Assembly (NCBI GenBank): GCA_963727705.1
Contig: CAVSHK010000028.1
Span: 39,537-103,536 of the forward strand
DNA: 64,000 bases
DNA from: an uncultured Bacteroidota bacterium
GTDB lineage: Bacteria; Bacteroidota; Bacteroidia; 2-12-FULL-35-15
Reading direction: 5' to 3'
Shown here: positions 8,657 to 18,705 of the stretch, piece by piece
Layout of the letters: every line of letters begins with the position of its first letter
How positions within the stretch are numbered: the first letter of the stretch is position 1
Notes under the pieces: generated by a model
Seen by the model: only the letters and a program-made list of their open reading frames with translations
Told to the model about the DNA's origin: nothing
Databases searched by the model: none
Position numbers and translations under genes: made by a program

Positions 8657-9241
8657 TTATGTATTTATCCAATTTTTTTCAATACAAACTCTTAACAAAA
8701 GTTTGGCTCTGTGAATAAGCACCCAGTAGTTAGTAGAAGTAATGTTCAATTCCTTGCAAACAGTTTCTGTTTTATCTTCCTGTATCAGTTTCAAGTAAAT
8801 TAATTGTTTCTGGTTTTTTGGAAGTTTGTCCATACATTTTTCCAGAATGGCTGACAGCTCTTTGTTTTCAATGGAGTTGGAATAATCTATTTCCCATTTA
8901 TGAGGAGCTGTACTTTTTTTCCATTCACCTTCTTCATCAAAATAATTATCTAAAAAGTCGTCGTCCTCTATACTATACTCCGAGTTATTTACTTCGTATT
9001 TGGTGGAGGCTTTTTTGTAATGATCGGCTATTTTATTTTTCAGAATGGAATACAACCAGGTTCTTTCTGAACTTTCGCCTTTAAAATTAGGAAGTGATTT
9101 TAATCCTGCCAAAAATGTTTCCTGAACTAAATCTTCTGCTAAAATAGTGTCACTTGTTTTGGCTTTAGCGTAACCAAATAATTCATCAGCATATCTGTTG
9201 ACCCATTTATAAGGATTAATTTTATTTTCGTCTATTACCAT
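8657..9241 (-). CDS. ECF (sigma-70 family) RNA polymerase sigma factor
   Basis: Region-2 motif AEDLVQETFLAGLKSLPNFKGESSERTWLYSILKNKIADHYKK and a region-4 HTH (KQLIYLKLIQEDKTETVCKELNITSTNYWVLIHRAKLLLR). Confidence 0.85.
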   Translation of the reverse strand: MVIDENKINPYKWVNRYADELFGYAKAKTSDTILAEDLVQETFLAGLKSLPNFKGESSERTWLYSILKNKIADHYKKASTKYEVNNSEYSIEDDDFLDNYFDEEGEWKKSTAPHKWEIDYSNSIENKELSAILEKCMDKLPKNQKQLIYLKLIQEDKTETVCKELNITSTNYWVLIHRAKLLLRVCIEKNWINT

Positions 9242-9285
9242 TTTAATTAAATCAGGACAAATTTAATTAAAGAATAGAATGAACA

Positions 9286-9690
9286 TTACCATTTACTAAT
9301 AATTGTTGCATTTCCTTTTATCAAACCTCTGCAATTTTCGCTTTTGCAAATACACAGAAAAGGTTCATTCATGAGCGTTTCAGTAGTTTCATAATCAAAT
9401 GTTAATTCTTCGTTTGGTAAAATTGTTCTTAAGGCAATCTGTTGTAATTTTTTTGTATCAATAAACGTGTTAGGGTTACAGCTATGGTTCAAATGAGGCC
9501 ATACGAGTTGCTCCAACAATTGTTCATCCAAATCGAATGGATGCAAATGTTCGATTTTATTGAGTTGAATAGAGAATTTATCGGGATATAACAACACCTT
9601 TCCTTTAAAGTGCATAATAATCGTACCTGCTGCTATTTCAGCTGTTGATACTACTTTTTTAGAACGTTGTTCTTTATATACGCAAAACAC
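9286..9690 (-). CDS. SET-domain protein (putative protein-lysine methyltransferase)
   Basis: NHSCNPN and ELTFDY motifs, plus a Cys-rich post-SET region (CICKSENC). Confidence 0.7.
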   Translation of the reverse strand: MFCVYKEQRSKKVVSTAEIAAGTIIMHFKGKVLLYPDKFSIQLNKIEHLHPFDLDEQLLEQLVWPHLNHSCNPNTFIDTKKLQQIALRTILPNEELTFDYETTETLMNEPFLCICKSENCRGLIKGNATIISKW

Positions 9691-9744
9691 TTTCGTTAAA
9701 GTTTACGTGCCGATAAAATTAAATATTGCATGTTTTTTATCAGC

Positions 9745-11074
9745 TTAATTTCTTCTATACGTTCTTATTTTAGCGTCCTTCCCTTTCAATTTTTCTTTTT
9801 GTGCAGGACCACCTAAATTCACTTTTTTATTTTTTTCTTTTTTCTCATGAAATGCAGCACCCGGAACATAATTATCTTTTGATTTTTTAGGCTTTATTTT
9901 GCTTCCTATTTTAGGTAATTCGTCGTCGGTAAGCATTTTAGAGACTACCACTTTTTCCGGCAACGGTTCATTAGGAATAGCTTTATTCATTACCATTTCA
10001 ATAGCCTCTTGATATTCCTGCTCTGCTTCATTAATAAATGTAATGGCTACACCGGCTTTATTTGCCCTGCCTGTTCTTCCTATGCGATGTATATAATCTT
10101 CAGGGGTTTCGGGAGTATCAAAATTTACAACATGGGTAACATCCGAAATATCCAATCCTCTGGCAAGAATATCTGTGGCAATTAATACGCGTTTAGAACC
10201 ATCGTGAAATTGCTTTAATGAATTGATGCGCGCCGTTTGCGATAAATTAGAATGTATTACAGCAACACCTTCAGGAAATTTAGGTTTTATATGATCGAAC
10301 AAATCATCTGCTAATTTTTTTGTTCCAACAAACACCAACACTTTACTCATGCTATCATCATTTTTTAAAAGAAATTCCAGCAAATTTACCTTGGTGTAAA
10401 AATTAGGAACATGATAACAGAGTTGAATAATCTTTTCCAACGGAGTACCGTGTGGAGCTACTTCAATTTTTTCGGGTTGATAAAAATACTTGGCAATTAC
10501 CTGTTCTATTTCCTCACTCATCGTTGCCGAAAACATCAGGTTTTGTCGCTTAACAGGCAATGTTTCCAAAAAACTTAATAACTGTTGACGAAATCCCAAA
10601 CTCAACATTTGGTCAACTTCATCAATCACCAGCCTGTTTAATGTCTTTTAATCGTAACAAGCCTGTAAGTGCCAAATCAACAAGTCTTCCGGGAGTTGCA
10701 ACAATTATGTCCACTCCGTTATACACCAGTTGTTTTTGTGTATTAATATTGGTTCCTCCATACACTGCCAAAAAACGAATGCTGGTATAAGTACTTAGTT
10801 TTTCAATCTCTTTTACAATTTGCAAAACAAGTTCACGGGTGGGCACAATCACCAATACACGCGGGTGCCGTTGATCCGAATATTTTAACTGCCGCAAAAT
10901 AGGTAATAAATAAGCAAATGTTTTACCTGTCCCGGTCTGCGCAATTCCTACCATATCTTTGCCCGACATAATAATGGGAAATGCCATTTCCTGAATGGGT
11001 GTGGCTTGTACATACCCTAAATCGTCTAATGCGTTGCTTAATGGTTTGTTTAAATTTAGTTTTTCGAACGACAC
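9745..11074 (-). CDS. DEAD-box ATP-dependent RNA helicase, split into two ORFs by a single-base insertion at about 10625-10632
   Basis: The N-terminal part has the Q-motif and AQTGTGKT. The C-terminal part starts at (L)VIDEVDQM and carries SAT and HRIGRTGR. The sequence caggctggtgattgatga reads as cag-ctg-gtg-att-gat-gaa once one g is removed. Confidence 0.85.
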
Positions 11075-11280
11075 AACAATTAATTTTGATGAAGCACAAA
11101 GGTAGTCTATGAATTTGATAAAATCTTCTTATACTTTAAAGCATTTTGAATACATTTCTATACAAGTGCATCAACTATTAAAAAATAGGTTGTTGAATTT
11201 TATAAAAATTATTATATCTTTATTGCAAAGTTGGTTTAGTTGGCAGGTGTGATAGCAATTATCTACTACTCGTATGGTTT

Positions 11281-11994
11281 ATGTCAAACAGCGAATTTGC
11301 TTTTAAGCATTTTAAAATTCTTCAGGACAAGTGCGCTATGAAAGTAGGTACGGATGCTGTACTGTTAGGAGCCTGGGTGAATACTTTGGAAGCAAAAAAA
11401 ATTTTAGATATAGGCACAGGAACCGGTATTATTGCATTAATGCTTGCTCAAAAATCAAATGCACTGATTGATGCTATTGACATAGATAAAAATGCGTTCA
11501 TTCAGGCTGTTGAAAACACAGAGCAATGCAAGTGGAAGGAACGAATAACAGTTCATCACGCCTCTTTACAGCAATATACCACATCATGTAACCACAAATA
11601 TGACTTGATTGCAAGTAATCCGCCTTATTTTGTTGACTCATCCAAAGCATTTGAAGAATCACGCACCAATGCGCGACATACGGATCAATTGTCCTTTGAT
11701 GATTTACTTACCGGAGTATTGAATTTATTGGCGAGTGAGGGGGAATTTTATGTGATACTTCCTGTTAAAGAGAGTTTGCTTTTTCGAGAAATGGCAGAAA
11801 AACAAAAACTTTTTTTGACCAAATGCACGCGCGTTATTACACGACCTGATAAACCTGAAAAGAGATTCTTAATGAAATTTGAATTTAAACAAAAAAACAT
11901 AGAAGAGAATTTTATAATCATTGAACAAGAAGGAAGACATGGGTATTCCAATGAATATAAAGAATTAACGAAAGATTATTATTTAGCTTTTTAG
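11281..11994 (+). CDS. tRNA1(Val) (adenine37-N6)-methyltransferase-like SAM-dependent methyltransferase
   Basis: DIGTGTGIIALMLAQK (motif I) and NPPYF (motif IV). Confidence 0.7.
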   Translation: MSNSEFAFKHFKILQDKCAMKVGTDAVLLGAWVNTLEAKKILDIGTGTGIIALMLAQKSNALIDAIDIDKNAFIQAVENTEQCKWKERITVHHASLQQYTTSCNHKYDLIASNPPYFVDSSKAFEESRTNARHTDQLSFDDLLTGVLNLLASEGEFYVILPVKESLLFREMAEKQKLFLTKCTRVITRPDKPEKRFLMKFEFKQKNIEENFIIIEQEGRHGYSNEYKELTKDYYLAF

Positions 11995-12065
11995 CCTACC
12001 TAAGTTATATCTTACCTGCTAAACAAAATTACAATAAGCACAGTTAATTTGATCGAAAGAAACAG

Positions 12066-13145
12066 ATGACGAACAGTTTTTTTAAAGATTTGAAAGTTAT
12101 TGAATTAGCCAATGTTTTAGCAGGTCCTGCAGTGGGAACATTTTTTTCGGAATTGGGTGCCGAAGTTATAAAAATTGAAAATACACTTACTAATGGTGAT
12201 GTTACTCGGAGTTGGAAATTACCCGCTGAAAACAAGGATGCTTCAACATCAGCTTATTATGCTTCGGTAAACTATAATAAAACATCGGTTTTTGTTGATT
12301 TGACAAAGGACATTGAAAAGCAACAGGTGTATAATTTAATAAAAAATGCGGACATTGTTATTTCAAATTATAAACCCGGAGACGATGTTAAACTGGGAAT
12401 GGATTATGGTTCATTAAAAAAAATAAACCCTACCATTATTCTTGCACACCTTACCGGTTTTGGTCAAGACAATAACAGAACCGCTTACGATCTGATTTTG
12501 CAAGCAGAGACAGGCTTTATGTATATGAATGGTACACCACAAAGCGGAGCGCTTAAAATGCCTGTAGCGCTTATTGACATACTGGCAGCGCATCAATTGA
12601 AGGAAGCTGTTTTGATGGCTATCATAAAAAAGATGAAAACCGGCGAAGGCTCAAAAATTACAGTATCGTTATTTGATGCAGCTATTGCTTCGCTCGCCAA
12701 TCAAGCCAGTAATTGGCTAATGACCGGCATAGACCCTCAACCTATCGGTTCACTGCACCCTACTATTGCTCCTTACGGTGAAATATTTATTTCAAAAGAC
12801 AACAAGCAAATGGTGCTTGCAATAGGCAGCAATAAACAGTTTAAGCAGTTATGCGAGATTTTAAATGTTGCTTCTCTTATTCAACATCCGAAATTTGAAA
12901 ATAATGTGGAACGAGTAAAAAATAGAGAAGAGTTATTTGAATTACTGCAATCGGCCATTAAACATTTTGAATCAGAACCATTGATGAGTGAATTTTTAAA
13001 AAAAGATGTCCCTGCCGGGATTATAAAAAGCGTTAAGGAAGTTTTTGAAAGCAATAATTTAGCTTCAACCATTTTAACAGATCTTAGTTCTGACAAAACC
13101 GAGAATAAAAGAGTTAGAACTATTGCCTTTCAGATATTTGATTAA
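12066..13145 (+). CDS. CoA-transferase family III protein (CaiB/BaiF-like)
   Basis: LKVIELANVLAGPAVGTFFSELGAEVIKIE N-terminus and overall length. Confidence 0.8.
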   Translation: MTNSFFKDLKVIELANVLAGPAVGTFFSELGAEVIKIENTLTNGDVTRSWKLPAENKDASTSAYYASVNYNKTSVFVDLTKDIEKQQVYNLIKNADIVISNYKPGDDVKLGMDYGSLKKINPTIILAHLTGFGQDNNRTAYDLILQAETGFMYMNGTPQSGALKMPVALIDILAAHQLKEAVLMAIIKKMKTGEGSKITVSLFDAAIASLANQASNWLMTGIDPQPIGSLHPTIAPYGEIFISKDNKQMVLAIGSNKQFKQLCEILNVASLIQHPKFENNVERVKNREELFELLQSAIKHFESEPLMSEFLKKDVPAGIIKSVKEVFESNNLASTILTDLSSDKTENKRVRTIAFQIFD

Positions 13146-13210
13146 AATGAAACCACTTACATGTAAATTATTTTTTCTTACATTTGCCATTCTTGTATTA
13201 AACGCTTAAA

Positions 13211-14203
13211 ATGAAACTAAGTAAACAAATCACTTTTATAGTACTTCTATCATTACCTTTTGTTGTACAAGCACAAATTAAGGGAGGAAGAAAAGGTGGA
13301 TTTACAACACAATCCAGACACAAAAGTTATTTGGAAGTTATTGGGGGCATTGGCGCATCTAATTTTGTGGGTGATGTAGGCGGGTCCCCCCAAATTGGGT
13401 CACATTACAGTCTTAGAGATTTGAACATGGTTGCCACCCGCACCTCGGCACAACTGGCAGTTCGTTTTAAATTTATGGAACGCTGGGCCGTGAAAGGAGG
13501 CTTCTATTATCAAGCTGTTTCAGGAGCAGACAGCGTTAGTAAAGAAATTTATCGTCATAACAGAAACCTTAGTTTTAAGTCAAATATTTTTGAACTTTCA
13601 GGTCAGGTTGAATTTTACTTCACAAAAGGCGAACAACCTGTTAAGCGATACAAAATTAAAGGCGCAAAGGGTTATAAGGCTTGGGCCAATATACAAGGTT
13701 ATTTATTCATGGGAGTTGGAGGTTTTTTCTTTAATCCAAAAGCGAAATACGATGGCAAGTGGGTAGCCTTGCAACCATTAGGTACAGAAGGGCAAGGGTT
13801 GCCGGGCGAACCTGCTAAATATTCCCGCGTTAGTGTTTGTATCCCTATTGGTTTTGGATTTAAACAACCTATAAATAAAAAAATGTATGTTGGTGTAGAA
13901 TTTGGTTTTAGAAAAACGTATACGGATTATATTGATGATGTAAGTGGAACATATTATGACAATAGTGCAATACTTGCAGCTAGAGGAACTACAGCTGCTT
14001 ATTTGGCTGATCCTAAACTATACGCTATTCCCATTGAAGTAGGAGGTCCATACAAAGTATTGCCAAATTCCAATCAAGGAGGGCCCGGCCAGCAAAGAGG
14101 AGATATAAGAGATTATGATTCTTACCTTTTTGTAAATGTAACGTTCAGTTATAAAATACCAACAAAAAAGGTGCTTAAAAGAAAACACAGAAGTCACTTC
14201 TAA
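13211..14203 (+). CDS. Outer-membrane beta-barrel protein (hypothetical)
   Basis: Signal peptide, alternating hydrophobic beta-strand pattern, and a C-terminal aromatic residue. Confidence 0.45.
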   Translation: MKLSKQITFIVLLSLPFVVQAQIKGGRKGGFTTQSRHKSYLEVIGGIGASNFVGDVGGSPQIGSHYSLRDLNMVATRTSAQLAVRFKFMERWAVKGGFYYQAVSGADSVSKEIYRHNRNLSFKSNIFELSGQVEFYFTKGEQPVKRYKIKGAKGYKAWANIQGYLFMGVGGFFFNPKAKYDGKWVALQPLGTEGQGLPGEPAKYSRVSVCIPIGFGFKQPINKKMYVGVEFGFRKTYTDYIDDVSGTYYDNSAILAARGTTAAYLADPKLYAIPIEVGGPYKVLPNSNQGGPGQQRGDIRDYDSYLFVNVTFSYKIPTKKVLKRKHRSHF

Positions 14204-14315
14204 TTGTTAACGTCTTCTCACTATTACTGCTACTCCGTTAAATTTAACCTATCCGTTAATTTGGTTTTCTTAGGTTTTCAAAAAAGCGGTCTATAAAAAA
14301 GCTTTCAAAAACTCT

Positions 14316-14603
14316 TTATTTTTTAACAATTACAAAAATATCTTCGTCATCTTTTTTCATAAGATATTTTTCTCTGGCAAATTTTTCCAGCGCACTAATG
14401 TTTGTGGTCAACTCGCCCAATTCATAGGTTATTTGTGCTATTTCATGAACGTAATATTTTTTTTCTTCCTCCAATTCCCGTACTTCCCTCTTCATTTTAA
14501 TAAGCGTTCTTAAATCGTTTTTATCAAAAAAAAGAACCCACACAACCAACACGCCAGTGGTAATTACATACTTGTTCTTTAACAAATCTATTATTTTTTT
14601 CAT
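14316..14603 (-). CDS. Septum-formation initiator (FtsB/DivIC-like)
   Basis: A single N-terminal transmembrane segment followed by a coiled coil (REVRELEEEKKYYVHEIAQITYELGEL). Confidence 0.55.
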   Translation of the reverse strand: MKKIIDLLKNKYVITTGVLVVWVLFFDKNDLRTLIKMKREVRELEEEKKYYVHEIAQITYELGELTTNISALEKFAREKYLMKKDDEDIFVIVKK

Positions 14604-14685
14604 CTAAAAGCTTTATAACACCCACAAATGTATTATCGGGAGATGATATTAGAACAAATGTGTGTTTGTTTTATCAACTTACTAA

Positions 14686-15633
14686 TTAACATACAAAATT
14701 TTCAATCAATTCCAAGTCACTTAATTTATTGATATTTTGCACTACCTCCCCTTTTTGATTTTCGGAAAAAATACTTATAAATTTTGCGCCGCAAACCAAC
14801 TCATCAATAGTATAGGAATACCTTCTGTGTACGGTTTGAGAAAAGGTATCGTCAAAGCCATTTAGTATTATCAGAAACTCTGCTTTGGCTTCTTTCAAGT
14901 CTTTAAAATTCATTCCGTAAATGGGACTGTTTTCATTAATAGGATGATTGACAGTCCATGAAAGCGGAAAAAAAGTGATTTTATTTAGTTCCAAATCCAT
15001 TTGCCTGAAACGACGGACTTTTACTCCGTTTTCTATTTCAAATTTTGCAACTATTATTCGGGCTTCCATATCAGTAATTTGACTATTGCTCATTTTATTC
15101 ACAATTCTAAACTGAAATGCGGTAGCATCTTTAAACGGAGCAATAATGGCGTTTTTACTAAAAATGATGTGTGCCTGTGGTCGGGAAAACCTACCGTAAA
15201 GTAAACCGGTAGCAATTGCAAAACCTAATAAACCTACCAATGATTCAACTGCTGCAACAGCACTCACCAAATGACTTACAGGACTTATTCTTCCAAAACC
15301 AACGGTGCTTAATGTTTGTGTACTGAAGAAAAACACATTTAGGAATTTATCTGTTTCACTCCTTACACCATCAATTCCATTTAAACCGTCTATACCAACA
15401 CTATAATAACAAGCAGTAAAAAATAAATTTATAATGAAAAAATAAGCCAACACAATTAAATTAAATTTTCTCCACGACATTAATAATAAAGCGTGATAAA
15501 CACTTATGGAGTGCCATTTGGATGGTTCTACCCTGTTTACATTAAACGATCCGTCAGGATTTATTAATCTGGTATTTTGGGTGGCGCCCTTAGTACCAAA
15601 CCCCAATTCCTTATTTTCCTGTTGTTTTTTCAT
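14686..15633 (-). CDS. Inward-rectifier-type potassium channel (KirBac-like)
   Basis: Two transmembrane segments flank the pore helix with the TVGFG selectivity filter (STQTLSTVGFGRISP). A cytoplasmic beta-rich domain follows. Confidence 0.7.
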   Translation of the reverse strand: MKKQQENKELGFGTKGATQNTRLINPDGSFNVNRVEPSKWHSISVYHALLLMSWRKFNLIVLAYFFIINLFFTACYYSVGIDGLNGIDGVRSETDKFLNVFFFSTQTLSTVGFGRISPVSHLVSAVAAVESLVGLLGFAIATGLLYGRFSRPQAHIIFSKNAIIAPFKDATAFQFRIVNKMSNSQITDMEARIIVAKFEIENGVKVRRFRQMDLELNKITFFPLSWTVNHPINENSPIYGMNFKDLKEAKAEFLIILNGFDDTFSQTVHRRYSYTIDELVCGAKFISIFSENQKGEVVQNINKLSDLELIENFVC

Positions 15634-15711
15634 TAAAAACCGCTCAACTATTTATGCGAAGTAAAAGTATAAATTAATTGATAATTTTGTTTTTCAAAAT
15701 TTAACACCATT

Positions 15712-16254
15712 ATGGACTTTATAGGCGATCAAATAAGTATTACAAATTCTGATAAAGAGTGGACTATTGTTATTCTTTCTTTAAAAGATAAAATTAAAAG
15801 CATACTGTTGTTTGCGTGGCTGTTTGTATGGTCAGTATGCGGAGTAATTATGATAACTCAATATTTTACAACTAGCAATTTGGATATAAAAACGGTAATA
15901 ATTGTGTGGTTAGGATTTTGGTGTTACTTTGAGTATAAAATTGCCAAGGCACATATGTGGAGAAAGTATGGTAAAGAAATTATCAGAATAAAAAGCGGGA
16001 AATTGATTTATAAAAAAGATGTTTCAGGTAAGGGTAAAATAGTGGAATATGATTGTGAAACAATTAAAAAATTCAGGTTTTTAGAACCGAACGAAAATTC
16101 TTTTATCGAAAGCTTCAATAACTCTTATTGGGTAATCGGAGGTGAAAAGCTCGCATTTGATTATTTTGGAAACGAAATAAAATTCGGCTTTCAGTTAAAA
16201 GATGAAGATGCAAAAGCATTACTTAAATTTATAAAAAGTAAAACGGGTATTTGA
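15712..16254 (+). CDS. Hypothetical membrane protein
   Basis: A 180-aa ORF with two transmembrane segments. No recognisable motif. Confidence 0.4.
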   Translation: MDFIGDQISITNSDKEWTIVILSLKDKIKSILLFAWLFVWSVCGVIMITQYFTTSNLDIKTVIIVWLGFWCYFEYKIAKAHMWRKYGKEIIRIKSGKLIYKKDVSGKGKIVEYDCETIKKFRFLEPNENSFIESFNNSYWVIGGEKLAFDYFGNEIKFGFQLKDEDAKALLKFIKSKTGI

Positions 16255-16373
16255 TGCTGCATTACTGCCGAAGTCTTATGCCGATCCGGGTTGAAATACT
16301 AACCATTATCCGGTTGCAATAAATTCAAAATTAAATTTTGAATGACTAATCAAACAACATAGGCCATCAGCTT

Positions 16374-17411
16374 TCACTGCTGCAAAAACCGACCTTTTAA
16401 ATCAATTTCTTTAAATGTTTTTTTACCTCTTATAAAATAGTCGGCTATTATGCTGTGCAAGTAAACTGCGGAAGTGGTGTACTGCTTAATTTGTAATTTT
16501 AATTTTTTTCGCTTTCGCAATGTTTTTGCAAATGAGCTATAAAAGCTGAAGTGTGCTTTGATAATTGCGATGAGGTGCCCTGTTTCTCCCGACAACAAAA
16601 ATTTTATTCCGGCAATCCCATCCATTACAAAACGGATAAACAATTTTATAACAAAATATTGCGATGCATGATTTTTGCACAACAAAATTAAGTTGTTCCT
16701 AAAATTCAAAAATGTTTTTTGAGGACTAAGTTTATTAAGTGTTCCTCCTCCCACATGATATACAGTGGAGTCGGCACAATACATGATTTTATACCCTACA
16801 TTTTTTAATCGCCAGCATAAATCTATTTCTTCCATGTGGGCAAAAAAATCTTCATCAAAACCTTCTTGCTGATGAAAGCAGCTTGCCCTTATAAATAAAC
16901 AGGCTCCGGTAGCCCAAAAAACTTCTCTGTTATCATTGTATTGACCATTGTCTTCTTCTATATTGTCCAAAATACGTCCTCTGCAAAACGGATACCCGAA
17001 TTTATCAATAAAACCACCCGCTGCACCGGCATACTCAAAACGGTTTTTGTGGGTATAACTTTTAATTTTGGGCTGACAGGCTGCAATCGTTTCATCTGTA
17101 TCCATTAATTTAATAAGTGGTTCAAGCCAGTTTTCGGTAACTTCTACATCCGAATTAAGTAGCACATAATACTCGGCATCAACGTGTTTCAAGGCATCAT
17201 TATAGCCCTTTGCAAAACCTCCGTTAGTGACATTTTGAATGATCTTAATTTGTGGATAATTGGTCTTTAAAAAAGTGATGGAATCATCGGTAGAAGCATT
17301 GTCGGCAACTATTAATTGTGAGTAGGAAGTGTTATATGAAACAACATAGGGTAAAAATTTTTCAAGAAATTTTTTACCATTCCAATTAAGTATAACTACG
17401 GCAACCTTCAT
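16374..17411 (-). CDS. Family-2 glycosyltransferase
   Basis: MKVAVVILNWNG..., ADNASTDDS and a DxD-like region. The start was chosen at MKVAV, internal to the longer ORF. Confidence 0.8.
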   Translation of the reverse strand: MKVAVVILNWNGKKFLEKFLPYVVSYNTSYSQLIVADNASTDDSITFLKTNYPQIKIIQNVTNGGFAKGYNDALKHVDAEYYVLLNSDVEVTENWLEPLIKLMDTDETIAACQPKIKSYTHKNRFEYAGAAGGFIDKFGYPFCRGRILDNIEEDNGQYNDNREVFWATGACLFIRASCFHQQEGFDEDFFAHMEEIDLCWRLKNVGYKIMYCADSTVYHVGGGTLNKLSPQKTFLNFRNNLILLCKNHASQYFVIKLFIRFVMDGIAGIKFLLSGETGHLIAIIKAHFSFYSSFAKTLRKRKKLKLQIKQYTTSAVYLHSIIADYFIRGKKTFKEIDLKGRFLQQ

Positions 17412-17553
17412 TGGGCAAATGTAAAAGAAATGACAGGTGTACACACCACGTTTATAAAAAATTATTGGAATTAAAATAAAAATAAAAGAGAATTAAAAAG
17501 ATATTTTTCATAAATTAATGATGGGATTATGAAAAAATACTACTTTTGCCCCC

Positions 17554-17638
17554 GGAGAAATGGCAGAGTGGTCGATTGCGGCAGTCTTGAAAACTGTTGA
17601 AGGTAACACTTCCGGGGGTTCGAATCCCTCTTTCTCCG
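17554..17638 (+). tRNA. tRNA-Ser (anticodon UGA) with a long variable arm
   Basis: Acceptor stem GGAGAAA/TTTCTCC, anticodon loop cTTGAaa, T-arm GGTTCGAATCC and a 15-nt variable arm. Confidence 0.85.
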
Positions 17639-17706
17639 CTTTCAGTCGCTGAAGCGACTTTCAGCGGACACAGTCCGCGCAAAGTTGCGAAAGCGAAATT
17701 ATTTTA

Positions 17707-17731
17707 AAGCCTGAGAAATCAGGCTTTTTTA
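17707..17731 (+). terminator. Rho-independent terminator downstream of tRNA-Ser
   Basis: AGCCTGA-GAAA-TCAGGCT followed by TTTTTT. Confidence 0.6.
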
Positions 17732-17741
17732 ATTTAAATAA

Positions 17742-17984
17742 ATGTGGACGGTTTATATTTTAAAATGTAACGACAATACTTATTATGTCGGGTGTACAGG
17801 TAATATGGAGGAACGCCTTTCAAGACATAACAAAGGGGATGTTCATTATACATCTACCCGGTTACCTTTTTTTATTGTTCATCAATCTATATTTTTTGAT
17901 AAGTATAAAGCATACGAATTTGAGAAATATTTAAAATCTGGTTCGGGAAGAGCCTTTGCTAAAAAACGCCTTCACAGTTTTTGA
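17742..17984 (+). CDS. GIY-YIG nuclease-family protein
   Basis: YILKCNDNTYYVGCTGNMEERLSRHNKG is the GIY-YIG signature. Confidence 0.75.
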   Translation: MWTVYILKCNDNTYYVGCTGNMEERLSRHNKGDVHYTSTRLPFFIVHQSIFFDKYKAYEFEKYLKSGSGRAFAKKRLHSF

Positions 17985-18309
17985 TAAACGCTGTTATTTT
18001 TTCCAAATCTTTGATAAATTGGTTCGAAACGTGAATCTTCCTACCCGCCAGTTATCTTAAAACCTCAGTAAACACTGGGGTTTTCTTTTTTTCTACCCCA
18101 TAAGGTGTCTAATCAGTATTAAAAATACCCTTAAACGATAGCTATTCATCCAATTAACCATTAGGGTAATAAAATATGAAAATCCAAGGGGATGAAGGGG
18201 TGAAGTCAAAAAAGCATAGAATCTTTTAATTTCAACAAATAATACCAAGTATTGGTAAAATTTCTAATCCATAATTCACGTTAATTATTGAAGTTGTCAA
18301 AAGTTAACA

Positions 18310-18400
18310 TTTAAGCTGTTTGTTCTCGACTACGCTCGAACTGACACAGCTTAAAAATGTCACATCGAGCGAAGTCGAGATGTAGGCGTTTTAATAGCAA
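18310..18400. repeat. REP-like palindromic element with a CTCGAACTGACA core, related to the core of the MITE
   Basis: ctcgactacgctcgaactgacacagc ... gtcacatcgagcgaagtcgag is an inverted repeat read directly. Confidence 0.4.
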
Positions 18401-18482
18401 CTTTAAACAACTTCAATATTAACCTACTATCGGGAAGTTGATACCAAGTTATTTTATTATTAAGAAATGCTTTAATGGATAA

Positions 18483-18560
18483 CGTCATTGCGAGGGCTTT
18501 TCGCCCGAAGCAATCTCAAATAACATAACGTATGAGATCGCTTCGCTCGCAATGACGAAG
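18483..18560. repeat. Long palindromic hairpin element (about 78 nt)
   Basis: cgtcattgcgagggcttttcgcccgaagcaatctc pairs with gagatcgcttcgctcgcaatgacg. Confidence 0.4.
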
Positions 18561-18705
18561 AACTATATAATCCTAAATGAATGGAAAAAAAGTATAATTG
18601 CTTATCTTAATAATTGCTTATTATACGAAACTAATTCACTCCCCTTTCTATTTAAAATTATTACTTAAAGCCCCTTTAGGAATACACTTTTATGTGACAA
18701 TCTTG

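Noticed and set aside
10560-10790. Plus-strand 76-aa ORF inside the helicase gene. Similar antisense ORFs occur at 4903-5109, 11748-11951, 12044-12235, 12414-12596, 12881-13096, 15001-15204, 20816-20998, 21200-21445, 21833-22042, 23798-24013, 24597-24788, 32793-33020, 33763-33972, 34797-35050, 36325-36561, 36827-37012, 37604-37943, 39135-39804, 40593-40808, 41240-41503, 41743-42069, 42678-43084, 44712-45322, 47273-47470, 51289-51501, 52516-52809, 54433-54675, 56172-56933 and 62378-62605
   Set aside because: All lie antisense to, or out of frame within, strongly supported conserved genes and lack independent support.
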